This document shows positions 1 to 11,423 of a stretch of 64,000 bases of DNA, one piece after another. Source of the stretch: Clostridia bacterium (GTDB lineage Bacteria; Bacillota; Clostridia; Peptostreptococcales; JAAYPU01); contig JANQMT010000105.1 of NCBI GenBank assembly GCA_028279945.1, positions 33,628 through 97,627 on the forward strand, read 5' to 3'. A program made the translations under genes and the position numbers. Positions within the stretch are counted from its first letter, which is position 1. Each line of letters begins with the position of its first letter. The notes beneath the pieces are model-generated. The model saw only the letters and a list, made by a program, of their open reading frames with translations, did no database searches and was not told where the DNA came from.

Positions 1-408
1 GCAGCCATTGCACATAACATAGCACCAATCTTATGTGTGGGAGAATCACTAAAAGAAAGAGAAACCAATCAAACAGAAGCTGTTATTAACCGTCAAATCA
101 CAAAAGACTTAGAAGGTTTAAGCAACGAGCAGGTTGCCAATTTGGTTATTGCATATGAACCAGTCTGGGCCATTGGAACCGGTAAAACAGCTACACCTGA
201 GCAAGCTAATGAAACCATAGCTTACATAAGAAAAGTAGTGTCCGATATGTATAATGAGGATGTATCGGAAAAAGTAAGAATACAATACGGTGGAAGTGTT
301 AAACCTAACAATGCATCGGAAATTATGAATCAAGAAGATATTGACGGTGCTTTAGTAGGTGGCGCAAGCTTAAAACCACAAGATTTTATAGAAATTGTTA
401 ATTTTTAA
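1..408 (+). CDS. tpiA: triosephosphate isomerase, C-terminal part (5' end upstream of window)
   Basis: Frame 1 is open from base 1. Translation carries the TIM signature [15 protein letters not shown] and C-terminal GGASLKP. Lies directly upstream of eno as in glycolytic operons. Confidence 0.9.
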   Translation, partial: AAIAHNIAPILCVGESLKERETNQTEAVINRQITKDLEGLSNEQVANLVIAYEPVWAIGTGKTATPEQANETIAYIRKVVSDMYNEDVSEKVRIQYGGSVKPNNASEIMNQEDIDGALVGGASLKPQDFIEIVNF

Positions 409-1710
<1,302 letters not shown>

Positions 1711-1765
1711 ATTTTCAGACAACATGGATGAATCAAAATTCTCCCCTTTATAATTAATATATGAT

Positions 1766-1790
1766 GAGAGAGCAGAAATGCTCTCTTTTC
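1766..1790 (+). terminator. rho-independent terminator after eno
   Basis: Stem GAGAGAGC / GCTCTCTT with a 6-nt loop, followed by a T-run. Confidence 0.6.
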
Positions 1791-2002
1791 AGATGAAACA
1801 GAATTTAACCCATTTTTTACTTCTAAAAATATTTTAAATAATTCTTTAAAGACTGTTGTAACTTTTTAAAGTAAAGGGTATGCTAAAATTACCTGCAAAT
1901 TTAATGTTTATAGCATAATTCTTTTTAAAATCTGTTATGTATTTTAATACAATACAATGGAACAGATTGATTTTAAATAATACATATGATAGAATTTTGC
2001 TG

Positions 2003-2031
2003 TTGACTTGGAGAGAGAAATTATTTATATT
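2003..2031 (+). promoter_or_regulatory. candidate sigma-A promoter for secG
   Basis: TTGACT, 17-nt spacer, TATATT. Confidence 0.4.
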
Positions 2032-2096
2032 AATAATGGTCCAATAAAAATAACAGTAAAATTATTTTATGGATCATCATAATGGAGGTGTTAGAG

Positions 2097-2327
2097 ATGA
2101 GAATGGTTTTTATGATCTTTCAGGTGATTGCAAGTCTTATTCTAATTGCAAGTATTTTATTGCAGTCAGGAAAAAGTGCAGGCTTATCCGGATCAATTGG
2201 TGGCGGTGCCGAGCAGTTACTTGGTAAGAAAAAAGGAAGAGGCTATGATGCGCTTTTAAGCAAAGTCACTACTGCCGGAGCAATCATATTCATTATTTGT
2301 TCATTAATTTTAGTGACTTTTGAATAA
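2097..2327 (+). CDS. secG: preprotein translocase subunit SecG
   Basis: Small two-TM protein with LLQSGKSAGLSGSIGG signature. Start moved from 2082 to ATG 2097, which is 5 nt after GGAGGTG. Confidence 0.85.
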   Translation: MRMVFMIFQVIASLILIASILLQSGKSAGLSGSIGGGAEQLLGKKKGRGYDALLSKVTTAGAIIFIICSLILVTFE

Positions 2328-2408
2328 AAAATGACATCTTAGAGTATATTCTACTCTATAAGATAAAAGGAATTATTGACAAATTCATATTAAGGAGGAA
2401 GTATTAAA

Positions 2409-4400
2409 ATGGGTTATGAGGTGTTAGCACCTATCGTAGGAGTAGTTGCTCTTATTTTTGCGTTCACTTTAGCAAACTACATTAGTAAAGTGGATGAAGG
2501 TACAGACAGAATGAAAGAAATCGCTGCTTACATACGTGAAGGTGCCATGGCATTCCTAACTAGGGAGTACAAATCACTGGTTATTTTTTCAGCAATATTA
2601 TTTGTTGTACTTGGTTTTGGGATAGGCTGGAGTACAGCAGGAACTTTCTTATTAGGAGCATGCTTTTCTGCACTGGCAGGCTTTTTTGGCATGAGAGTCG
2701 CAACAAAGGCCAATGTTAGAACTGCTAATGCAGCTCGTGAGGGCGGCATGAATAAAGCACTAAATGTGGCATTCAAAGGCGGCGCTGTCATGGGAATGTG
2801 CGTTGTTGGTTTAGGATTATTAGGTATAGGCTCGTTATTGGTTTTCTTAGGTGTAGAAAAAATTGACGTTATTACAGGCTTCAGTCTAGGGGCATCTTCT
2901 ATTGCACTATTTGGTCGTGTGGGCGGCGGTATCTATACGAAAGCGGCAGATGTTGGCGCTGACTTAGTAGGAAAAGTAGAAGCCGGAATACCGGAAGATG
3001 ATCCAAGGAACCCTGCTGTAATAGCAGATAATGTTGGCGATAATGTTGGCGACGTAGCTGGAATGGGAGCAGACCTATTTGAGTCTTATGTAGGGTCTAT
3101 CATTGCTGCTGTTACACTTGCGTTCGCAATAGAAGAAATACCAACAGCTGAAGGCGCATTGTTTCCACTTGTTTTAGCATCTGCGGGGATTATTGCTGCC
3201 ATTATCGGTACACTTTTTGTTAAAGGAAAAGAAGGCTCAAACCCAGCTAAAGCACTTGATAGAGGAACATACGTCAGTGGACTTATTGTACTCATTACCG
3301 CATTTTACTTAAGCAATCAATTCTTTGATGATTTAAATGGATTTTATACAGTAGCCATTGGTTTAATTATAGGAATTCTAATCGGTAAAGTAACAGAATA
3401 TTATACTTCCGATGAATACGCACCGGTTAAAAAGATTGCTCAACAATCAGAAACCGGACCGGCTACAACCATTATTAGTGGTTTTGGCGTTGGTATGATT
3501 TCAACAGCCATTCCCATTCTTCTAATTGCTGTAGGTATATTAGCATCTAACATGCTGTTTGGACTTTATGGGATTGCCCTTGCTGCAGTTGGTATGCTTT
3601 CTACAGCCGGGATAACCATAGCAGTAGATGCATATGGTCCTATTGCAGACAATGCAGGTGGTATTGCAGAAATGGCTGAACTTCCAGGAGAAGTAAGAGA
3701 AATTACGGACAAGCTGGATTCAGTTGGAAATACTACAGCTGCAATCGGTAAAGGCTTTGCAATTGGTTCCGCTGCACTGACAGCATTAGCTTTATTCGCA
3801 TCATATTCACAAGTTGTAGGACTTACAGCAATCGATATTCTGAATGCTAAAGTAGTAGCAGGATTATTTATTGGCGGCATGTTACCTTTCCTTTTCTCTG
3901 CATTCACGATGGATTCTGTAGGAAAAGCAGCATTTCAAATGATTGAGGAAGTAAGAAGACAATTTAGAGAAATTCCAGGCGTAATGGAAGGAACAGCAAA
4001 ACCTGAATATGCTAAATGTGTTGATATCAGTACAGCAGCAGCACTAAAAGAAATGCTTGTTCCAGGAATTATGGCTGTAGTAGCACCGATTGCCGTAGGT
4101 ATTGTTCTTGGTACGGAAGCTTTAGGTGGACTTCTAGCCGGAGCATTGGTATCCGGTGTATTAGTAGCTATCATGATGGCAAATGCCGGTGGTGCTTGGG
4201 ATAATGCTAAAAAGTATATCGAAAGCGGTAATCACGGTGGAAAAGGCAGTGAAGCACATAAAGCTGCCGTAACGGGTGATACCGTAGGAGATCCTTTTAA
4301 GGATACTTCCGGACCTTCTATTAACATATTGATCAAATTAATGACAATTGTAGCAGTCGTATTCGGACCATTATTCCTTGAAATTGGCGGATTACTGTAA
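2409..4400 (+). CDS. hppA: membrane-integral K+-stimulated/ion-translocating pyrophosphatase
   Basis: 663 aa polytopic protein. Motifs [29 protein letters not shown] and [22 protein letters not shown] Shine-Dalgarno. Confidence 0.93.
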   Translation: MGYEVLAPIVGVVALIFAFTLANYISKVDEGTDRMKEIAAYIREGAMAFLTREYKSLVIFSAILFVVLGFGIGWSTAGTFLLGACFSALAGFFGMRVATKANVRTANAAREGGMNKALNVAFKGGAVMGMCVVGLGLLGIGSLLVFLGVEKIDVITGFSLGASSIALFGRVGGGIYTKAADVGADLVGKVEAGIPEDDPRNPAVIADNVGDNVGDVAGMGADLFESYVGSIIAAVTLAFAIEEIPTAEGALFPLVLASAGIIAAIIGTLFVKGKEGSNPAKALDRGTYVSGLIVLITAFYLSNQFFDDLNGFYTVAIGLIIGILIGKVTEYYTSDEYAPVKKIAQQSETGPATTIISGFGVGMISTAIPILLIAVGILASNMLFGLYGIALAAVGMLSTAGITIAVDAYGPIADNAGGIAEMAELPGEVREITDKLDSVGNTTAAIGKGFAIGSAALTALALFASYSQVVGLTAIDILNAKVVAGLFIGGMLPFLFSAFTMDSVGKAAFQMIEEVRRQFREIPGVMEGTAKPEYAKCVDISTAAALKEMLVPGIMAVVAPIAVGIVLGTEALGGLLAGALVSGVLVAIMMANAGGAWDNAKKYIESGNHGGKGSEAHKAAVTGDTVGDPFKDTSGPSINILIKLMTIVAVVFGPLFLEIGGLL

Positions 4401-4432
4401 GCTTTATTGTAAAATTTTATAGATGAAAATAA

Positions 4433-4477
4433 AAGGCAATGGTCATACTAAAAAGAATGGCTGTTGCCTTTATTTGA
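4433..4477 (+). terminator. rho-independent terminator after hppA
   Basis: AAGGCAA ... TTGCCTT stem followed by TATTT. Confidence 0.5.
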
Positions 4478-4678
4478 TTGAATTTTTCAATATAATTTCA
4501 TTTCTATCCTAAAATAAATTTCAAAACGATTATTGATTTATGTCTTCAAAAGGAAAAAAATTATAATTCATCTAAAAATAGAAAGTGTATTATTTATATA
4601 AAATTAGTGAAAAACGATTAAAAATTTTAAAAAAAGCCATAATATTGATAAAGTTAGTAAATAGGAGATGATGAAATA

Positions 4679-4921
4679 ATGAAAAATAAGAAATTAATTT
4701 TAACAATTTTAATTCTTGTAACTATGGTGATGGTATTGGGTTGTGCTCAAGAACCGGTTGAAGAAGAAAGTCCTGAATTAAACCCTGATAATAATAATGT
4801 TGTCGAAGATAATGACCCCGGCATGGAAGATGATATGAATATGGATAACAATACAGAGCCCTTTGATGACAACATGGACAATATGGACAATATGGACAAT
4901 ATGAACAATACGACAGAATAA
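4679..4921 (+). CDS. small acidic Met/Asp/Asn-rich lipoprotein
   Basis: Signal peptide plus lipobox (VLGC followed by AQEP). The mature part is almost entirely D/E/N/M/P. Contains an in-frame 9-bp tandem repeat. Confidence 0.6.
   Translation: MKNKKLILTILILVTMVMVLGCAQEPVEEESPELNPDNNNVVEDNDPGMEDDMNMDNNTEPFDDNMDNMDNMDNMNNTTE
4865..4909 (+). repeat. in-frame 9-bp tandem repeat (ATGGACAAT), 3 perfect and 2 degenerate flanking units
   Basis: gatgacaac atggacaat atggacaat atggacaat atgaacaat, encoding DDN(MDN)3MNN. Confidence 0.9.
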
Positions 4922-4943
4922 AATGTCATAGGAGATGGTATTC

Positions 4944-5303
4944 TTGAAAAATAAAAAAATTTTCCTATTATTATTGTTTATTTTAATCATTGCCATCTTT
5001 GCATTGGGATGTGCTCAAGAACCCACTGAAGATGAAAACAATGAGACTGATGTAGAAGATAATATGGATGACCAAAACGAACCCATGGAAACCGATGTAG
5101 AAGAAACTATTGAAGGAGAATTTGTCGGATGGGTGGATTCCAATAGCTTTGAAGTCATGAAAGATGATACGCCTTATGTCATAAGGACCAGCGAGGCAGT
5201 TATGATGCCTGATGATGCTTTGGATGGCAGGACTGTTAGAGTAACATATGTTAGGAATGATCAAGGACAAAATATAATCAAAACCATAGAAGTTTTGGAA
5301 TAA
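4944..5303 (+). CDS. lipoprotein with acidic linker and small C-terminal globular domain (tandem paralog of 4679..4921 at the N-terminus)
   Basis: Signal peptide plus lipobox (ALGC followed by AQEP), near identical to the upstream gene. TTG 4944 gives MKNKKIFLL, parallel to MKNKKLILT, and lies 9 nt after AGGAG. The ORF-track start ATG 4935 abuts the SD. Confidence 0.6.
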   Translation: MKNKKIFLLLLFILIIAIFALGCAQEPTEDENNETDVEDNMDDQNEPMETDVEETIEGEFVGWVDSNSFEVMKDDTPYVIRTSEAVMMPDDALDGRTVRVTYVRNDQGQNIIKTIEVLE

Positions 5304-5326
5304 ATTTATAAGAAAACACATTATAG

Positions 5327-5363
5327 AGGCATCCACTTATGTTTAAATGGATGCCCTTTTTTT
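5327..5363 (+). terminator. rho-independent terminator
   Basis: GGCATCCA / TGGATGCC stem followed by a 7-T run. Confidence 0.75.
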
Positions 5364-5509
5364 AACTTCAATTTATTATATATTTTATAATAAATATTTT
5401 TTTAATATGCTATAATGAAATAGCAAAAATTGCTAATACTAATATTTGGAGACTTTACAATCTTAATATTGGATATATTACTTTGTTCGCTTCGGGATTG
5501 GAGGAAATT

Positions 5510-7645
5510 ATGGAATTTAAAGATCGTATTATTGAAATTTTAAGCAATAAAAATTATAGTCCATTGAATGATGAATCGATTCTTAAAGTATTAAAAGTTG
5601 AAAGATCAGATATAGGACAATTCTTTGCCGACTTAGACAATATGGAAGCCCAGGGCTTAATATTTAAAACAAGAAAAAATAAATATGTATTGCCAAATAG
5701 AATAAATTTGGTTGTAGGCATATTGAAGAAAAATAGAAAAGGTTTTGGGTTTGTTATATCTGAAAGTGATGACAAAGGCGACGTATATATTTCATCATCT
5801 GAGATGAATAGTGCTATGCATGGTGACAGGGTTGCTGTACGTCTAATGTTTGATGAAGAAGGAGATAAGAGCAGAGAGGGAGAAGTTGTAAAGGTTATTA
5901 AAAGAAACAATTATGAAGTCGTTGGAACTTTTGATCGAAGTGATAAATTTGGTTTTGTCATTCCTGATGACCCTAGAGTAGGGCATGATATTTTTATACC
6001 TCAAGATCAAATAAACGGTGCTGTAACTGGGGATAAAGTGGTTGCCAAAATAAAAGTTTGGCCCCAGAAACAAAGAAATCCTGAAGGTGAAATTACTGAA
6101 GTTCTTGGAAGCAGCGAAGACATAGGCACTGATGTTGCAGCTATTATTAGAAATTATAAACTATCAGAGACTTTTCCGCCAAAAGTAATTGCTGAAGCTG
6201 AAAGCATTCCTTCTGAGATATCTGATGAAGAGTGGAAAAAAAGAACAGATCTAAGACATAAGGCCATCATAACCATTGATGGTGCAGATGCAAAAGACTT
6301 GGATGATGCCGTATCCGTTGAAAAATTAGATAACGGCAATTATCTTCTCAGCGTACATATTGCTGATGTCAGCCATTATGTTAAAGAAGACAGCTTTTTA
6401 GATAAGGAAGCATTAAAACGTGGATGCAGCGTTTATTTAATCAATAAAGTATTACCCATGCTTCCGGAAAAATTATCCAATGGATTATGCAGTTTAAACC
6501 CCAAGATAGACCGTCTAACCCTATCGATAGAAATGCAAATCGACTCTAGCGGCAACATTATTGCGCATAACATATTTAACAGCATTATCAAAACGACTGA
6601 GAGAATGATCTATACAGATGTATCGAATATTTTAGAAGATAAAGATGAAGGGTTAATAGAAAAATATAAACACATTTATGACGACTTATTACTCATGGAA
6701 GAATTAGCAAAGATTTTAAATAATGCAAGAGTTGAAAGAGGCAGCATCGATTTTAATTTTGATGAAGCCTATATAGAACTCAATGATGAAGGTGTCCCAT
6801 TGAATGTTGGTATCGCTGAAAGAAGAATTGCAAACAGAATCATCGAAGAATTTATGTTGAAAGCCAATGAAACCATTGCAGAACACTTCTATTGGATGGA
6901 AATTCCATTCCTATATCGAAATCATGAAGAGCCCAGTATAGATAGAATCAATGAATTTAGACAATTTATATATAATTTTGGGTATTCATTAAAAGGCAAT
7001 ACAGAAACGGTTCACCCAAAAGCACTGCAAGAAATCACAACCAAAATAAAGGGTGAACGAGAAGAAAATATTATTAATTCCGTTATGTTGAGGTCGTTGA
7101 AGAAAGCGAATTATGCACCACAAAACCTTGGACATTTTGGACTGGCTGCGGAATATTATAGTCACTTTACTTCTCCAATCCGACGGTATCCCGATTTAAT
7201 GATTCATAGAATTATTAAAGAAATCATTGAATTTGGAAGCCTAAGTGATGAAAGATTAAAAAAATTATATACGAAAGTTGAAGATGCAGCAAAAATATCC
7301 TCAGAAGCAGAAGTCGTTTCGGAAGAAATTGAAAGGGAAGTGGATGATCTTAAGAAAGCAGAGTATATTTCAAAACATATTGGTGAAACATTTGATGGGA
7401 TTATCAGCGGTGTTACTTCCTTTGGCATATTTGTTGAATTAGAGAACACCATAGAAGGATTGGTTAGGATTGGAAGTATTGATAATGACTACTACATTTA
7501 CGAAAAAGAAAAATATCGTTTAATTGGAGAAAGAACCAAAACCATATTTACCTTGGGAAGTCCGGTAAAAATTAAAGTCATTAACGTTAATTTACCTAAT
7601 AAAGAAATAGATTTTGAATTAGTAAGTTTAGCTAAAGAGAGCTAA
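5510..7645 (+). CDS. rnr: ribonuclease R
   Basis: OB/cold-shock N-terminus, RNB catalytic domain (ITIDGADAKDLDDAVS) and C-terminal S1 domain. ATG 5510 follows GGAGG. Confidence 0.93.
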   Translation: MEFKDRIIEILSNKNYSPLNDESILKVLKVERSDIGQFFADLDNMEAQGLIFKTRKNKYVLPNRINLVVGILKKNRKGFGFVISESDDKGDVYISSSEMNSAMHGDRVAVRLMFDEEGDKSREGEVVKVIKRNNYEVVGTFDRSDKFGFVIPDDPRVGHDIFIPQDQINGAVTGDKVVAKIKVWPQKQRNPEGEITEVLGSSEDIGTDVAAIIRNYKLSETFPPKVIAEAESIPSEISDEEWKKRTDLRHKAIITIDGADAKDLDDAVSVEKLDNGNYLLSVHIADVSHYVKEDSFLDKEALKRGCSVYLINKVLPMLPEKLSNGLCSLNPKIDRLTLSIEMQIDSSGNIIAHNIFNSIIKTTERMIYTDVSNILEDKDEGLIEKYKHIYDDLLLMEELAKILNNARVERGSIDFNFDEAYIELNDEGVPLNVGIAERRIANRIIEEFMLKANETIAEHFYWMEIPFLYRNHEEPSIDRINEFRQFIYNFGYSLKGNTETVHPKALQEITTKIKGEREENIINSVMLRSLKKANYAPQNLGHFGLAAEYYSHFTSPIRRYPDLMIHRIIKEIIEFGSLSDERLKKLYTKVEDAAKISSEAEVVSEEIEREVDDLKKAEYISKHIGETFDGIISGVTSFGIFVELENTIEGLVRIGSIDNDYYIYEKEKYRLIGERTKTIFTLGSPVKIKVINVNLPNKEIDFELVSLAKES

Positions 7646-7751
7646 ACCCAGATTATTCACGATAAACTACAAAAATTCATGATTAATCAGGGTTAAAATT
7701 ATACAAAATTGCACATCCTAAGAAAGAAAGATCGATCTTAGGAGGAAAAGA

Positions 7752-8174
7752 ATGAAAGTAAAAGATTTAATGACAACAAATGTTTTGTATGCAAAACCTG
7801 ATGCATCTTTGGAGCAAGTTGCTAATTATATGAAGCAACAAAACGTTGGATCTATTCCTGTTTGTGATGATAACGGACATGCTTTAGGGATTATTACAGA
7901 CAGAGATATTGTTTTAAAAGCTGTTTCTCAAGGTAGAAATGATTTGAAAGCCAAAGATGTTATGAGTACCAATTTGGTTTATGCAACATCCGATATGACT
8001 GCTCATGAAGCATCTAACTTAATGGCTAAAAATCAAATAAGAAGATTGCCGGTAGTCGATAACAATCAATTGACAGGAATATTGGCCATGGCCGATATTG
8101 CAAGGAAAAATATTTATGTAGACGAAGCAGGTGATGCTTTAAGTGCTATATCAAAACCTAATCAACTCAATTAA
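7752..8174 (+). CDS. CBS-pair domain protein
   Basis: 140 aa with two CBS repeats (GSIPVCDDNGHALGIITDRDI and IRRLPVVDNNQLTGILAMADI). Confidence 0.85.
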   Translation: MKVKDLMTTNVLYAKPDASLEQVANYMKQQNVGSIPVCDDNGHALGIITDRDIVLKAVSQGRNDLKAKDVMSTNLVYATSDMTAHEASNLMAKNQIRRLPVVDNNQLTGILAMADIARKNIYVDEAGDALSAISKPNQLN

Positions 8175-8284
8175 ATACCTTTTTTAAAAGCATATGGGAA
8201 ACTATATACTACCAAGATTAAAATAACTTTTATTTTCCAACAAGGTCTTCCTTTCAAATCTTCATATAAGATCTTGTTCCAAGT

Positions 8285-8321
8285 AATAATGCTCCTGTTG
8301 TTAGGAGCATTATTATTTTTG
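8285..8321 (+). terminator. rho-independent terminator after CBS gene
   Basis: AATAATGCTCCT / AGGAGCATTATT 12-bp stem with a 6-nt loop and a T-run. Confidence 0.8.
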
Positions 8322-8381
8322 TTAAAAAATTCTAGTTGACCAGTTATATTGAAACATATTTTGTTATAATATATGTAATAT

Positions 8382-10076
8382 TTGATGATTGAGGTGATGA
8401 TATTGAATAAAACAATTAAAGTATCTATTCATCATGATGGACAGAGCTTTCATAAGACATTAGATCAAGGAACAACATTAGGAACGCTTTTAACAACCAT
8501 GAAAATAAATGAAAAATATAAAATTGTTGCGGGAAAAGTCAACAATCAAATGAGAGAATTAACATATGCCTTAAATGAAGACAGCCAAATAGAATACTTA
8601 GATATTTCCCATCAAGACGGCAATAGAATATACCAAAGAGGGCTTATCTTTGTTTATATCAAAGCTATAAAAGAAATTTTAGGAGACTGCTCCGTTATTA
8701 TTGAGCATTCATTAAGCAAAGGATTATATACAGAAATTAAGTATATCAGACCTATTAATCAAAAAGACATAGAAGACATTAAGGAAAGAATGCAGGAAAT
8801 TATCGAAGAAGATATTCCCTTTGAAAAAGATCAAATACCCGTTGAAGAAGCAATGAAAATTTTTAAAGAGCAAGGGATGGAGGCAAAAGTAAAGCTTTTA
8901 AAATTCAGAAAAGAAAAAACCATTAATGTATATACTTGCGGATGGCTTAAAAACTATTTCTATGGGTATATGGTACCCAGTACAGGTTATTTAAATAAAT
9001 TTGATTTAAAACTTTATAAACAGGGCGTCATTATTAGATTTCCAAACATAAAAAACCCAGATCAGATACCTGAATTTGAAGAGCACAAAAAGCTGGCGGA
9101 AATCTTCAAAGAAGCTGAAAACTGGGGAGACTTGATGGAGCTGGGTTTTGTTGCTGACTTAAATGAAAGAATAGAAACCAATACTTATCATGAGATCATA
9201 AGAGTAGCTGAAGCACTTCAAGAAAAAAAGATCGCCTATATAGCAGATCGAATTACCAAAGAAAAAAAGAGGATTATATTAATTGCCGGTCCTTCCTCAT
9301 CCGGGAAGACAACGTTTGCACAAAGGCTTTCTATACAGCTCATGGCCAATGGACTTTCACCCATTGCTTTTTCAACAGATGATTACTTTGTTGAGCGGTC
9401 TGAGACACCAAGAGATGAAAATGGTAACCCTGATTTTGAATCATTAAATGCCTTGGATTTAAAATTATTCAATCAGCAGCTTAAGGATTTATTAGCCGGT
9501 AAAGAAGTGGATATACCCAGTTTTAACTTTAAAACAGGACATAAAGAATTCGGGAAAAGATTTCTTAGGGTTGCAGAAGATCAATTAATCATTATTGAGG
9601 GCATACATGGATTGAATCCCGAATTGACAAAAGAAATTGAGGATAGTGAGAAATTTGAAATTTATATCAGCGCTTTGACTCAACTGAATATAGATAATCA
9701 CAATCGAATACCTACAACAGATTCCAGACTCATAAGAAGAATCGTCAGAGACAGTCAGTTTAGAGGGCACACTGCGAAAACAACGCTTCAATTGTGGCCT
9801 GCAGTAAGACGAGGAGAAGAAAAAAATATTTTTCCTTTTCAAGAAGAAGCAAATGTAATGTTTAATTCTGTTTTAGTGTATGAACTAGCCGTACTTAAAA
9901 AATATGCAGAACCATTATTAAAAGAAATTAAAGAAGATGAAATAGAATATATGGAAGCAAAGCGGCTGCTTAAATTTTTAAGTTACTTTTTATCTATAGA
10001 AAACGAATGTGCCATATTGAACAATTCAATTATAAAAGAATTTATAGGAGGCAGTTGCTTCTTCGACTCAGAATAA
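8382..10076 (+). CDS. TGS-domain / uridine-kinase-family (PRK/Udk) nucleoside kinase-like protein
   Basis: ThrRS-like TGS N-terminus. The C-terminal half has a P-loop (IAGPSSSGKTT) and a Udk/PRK-like core (IIEGIHGLNP). True start is probably TTG 8403, 6 nt after GAGGTG. Confidence 0.75.
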   Translation: MMIEVMILNKTIKVSIHHDGQSFHKTLDQGTTLGTLLTTMKINEKYKIVAGKVNNQMRELTYALNEDSQIEYLDISHQDGNRIYQRGLIFVYIKAIKEILGDCSVIIEHSLSKGLYTEIKYIRPINQKDIEDIKERMQEIIEEDIPFEKDQIPVEEAMKIFKEQGMEAKVKLLKFRKEKTINVYTCGWLKNYFYGYMVPSTGYLNKFDLKLYKQGVIIRFPNIKNPDQIPEFEEHKKLAEIFKEAENWGDLMELGFVADLNERIETNTYHEIIRVAEALQEKKIAYIADRITKEKKRIILIAGPSSSGKTTFAQRLSIQLMANGLSPIAFSTDDYFVERSETPRDENGNPDFESLNALDLKLFNQQLKDLLAGKEVDIPSFNFKTGHKEFGKRFLRVAEDQLIIIEGIHGLNPELTKEIEDSEKFEIYISALTQLNIDNHNRIPTTDSRLIRRIVRDSQFRGHTAKTTLQLWPAVRRGEEKNIFPFQEEANVMFNSVLVYELAVLKKYAEPLLKEIKEDEIEYMEAKRLLKFLSYFLSIENECAILNNSIIKEFIGGSCFFDSE

Positions 10077-10108
10077 AACCTAGGGGCAGTCATGAAAGGA
10101 GAAATATT

Positions 10109-10945
10109 ATGTACAAACTAGGATGTCATCTGTCAACATCTAATGGATTAACGAAAATGGGAAAAACAGCAGTAAAAATTAATGCCAATACATTTCAGTT
10201 TTTTACCAGAAATCCTAGAGGAGGTAAGGCTAAAACATTAGATCAATCTGATGTGAAAGGATTAGAGGATATTTTAGTCAAACATAAATTTGGTGATATA
10301 CTAGCCCATTCCCCTTATACATTAAACATGGCATCTGCCAATCCCAAAACCAGAGAATTTGCTAAAATGGTATTCAAAGATGATTTAGAGAGAATGAAAG
10401 TTATGCCGTGTCATCTTTATAACATTCATCCGGGCAGCCATACGGGTATAGGCGTTGAAGAGGGCATTAAGTCAATTGCAGAGATTATAAATGATGGCCT
10501 TACAGAAGAGATCGAAACATGGGTTCTCCTTGAAACCATGTCGGGAAAAGGAAGTGAGATAGGCTATACGTTTGAAGAAATAAGACTTATTATTGATCAA
10601 GTCAATTATCCTGAGAAAATGGGTGTTTGTATGGATACCTGCCATTTGTTCAGTGCAGGGTATGATATCGTCAATGATTTAGAGGGCGTTTTAGAAAAAT
10701 TTGATAAGCTCCTTGGGATAGATAGAATTAAGGCAGTTCATCTCAACGATAGCATGAATCCTTTCAATAGTCGTAAAGACCGCCATGCGGGTGCAGGAGA
10801 AGGTGAAATAGGATTGGATGCTTTGATACAATTTATAATCCATCCAAAGTTAAAGCACCTGCCTTTTATACTGGAAACCCCATATGATACGGAAGGTCAT
10901 GCCAGAGAGATTAGGGCATTAAGAGAAATACTGGATAATGAATAA
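10109..10945 (+). CDS. nfo: deoxyribonuclease IV (endonuclease IV)
   Basis: AP-endonuclease-2 motifs HSPYTLN, HPGSH, LETMSGKG, DTCHLFSAGYD and HLNDS. ATG 10109 follows AAGGAG. The ORF-track extension from 10007 overlaps the upstream gene. Confidence 0.9.
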   Translation: MYKLGCHLSTSNGLTKMGKTAVKINANTFQFFTRNPRGGKAKTLDQSDVKGLEDILVKHKFGDILAHSPYTLNMASANPKTREFAKMVFKDDLERMKVMPCHLYNIHPGSHTGIGVEEGIKSIAEIINDGLTEEIETWVLLETMSGKGSEIGYTFEEIRLIIDQVNYPEKMGVCMDTCHLFSAGYDIVNDLEGVLEKFDKLLGIDRIKAVHLNDSMNPFNSRKDRHAGAGEGEIGLDALIQFIIHPKLKHLPFILETPYDTEGHAREIRALREILDNE

Positions 10946-10981
10946 AACTACCATAAAATATAACGATGTTCAAAAACCAAT

Positions 10982-11021
10982 AAGAACCAATCTTTTATTT
11001 TTTAGATAAAGATTGGTTCTT
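10982..11021. terminator. bidirectional-type terminator hairpin
   Basis: AAGAACCAATCTTT / AAAGATTGGTTCTT 14-bp stem, with T-rich sequence in the loop and an A-run after the 3' arm. Confidence 0.75.
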
Positions 11022-11423
11022 AAAAAAACTCTGTAATCTCATTCATTTTTGGTGGAATCACCTTCCTTCGTGTAAATTCAACTCAATCGATTTTTGTCGA
11101 TCACCTCACTTTGGTGATAATCTGTAATTTTCCATTAGCCAACATTTAAAAATTAAGGATGTTAATCGTCTCATTTTTGGTTGACTATTTGGTTAATCAT
11201 ATTATAGCAAACTCCAATGAAGATTTCAATATATATTTTTAATTTTCTGAATATACGCCGTGTAAATATTACAAAATTCGAGAATGTTCGCAATTTTGCT
11301 GCTGGTATCCACCCAATATCATAGAGCAGATCATGGTTAGATTCTCTTTAATAATTACCATATAAAGACTTATTTATAGTATAATATAATGGTGTGAGAA
11401 TAAGGGGATAAGGAGTTAAGAGA

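Noticed and set aside
10007-10108. N-terminal extension of the nfo ORF overlapping the preceding gene.
   Set aside because: The extension is Arg-rich nonsense. The conserved Nfo sequence begins at MYKLGCHLS (ATG 10109), which is preceded by AAGGAG.
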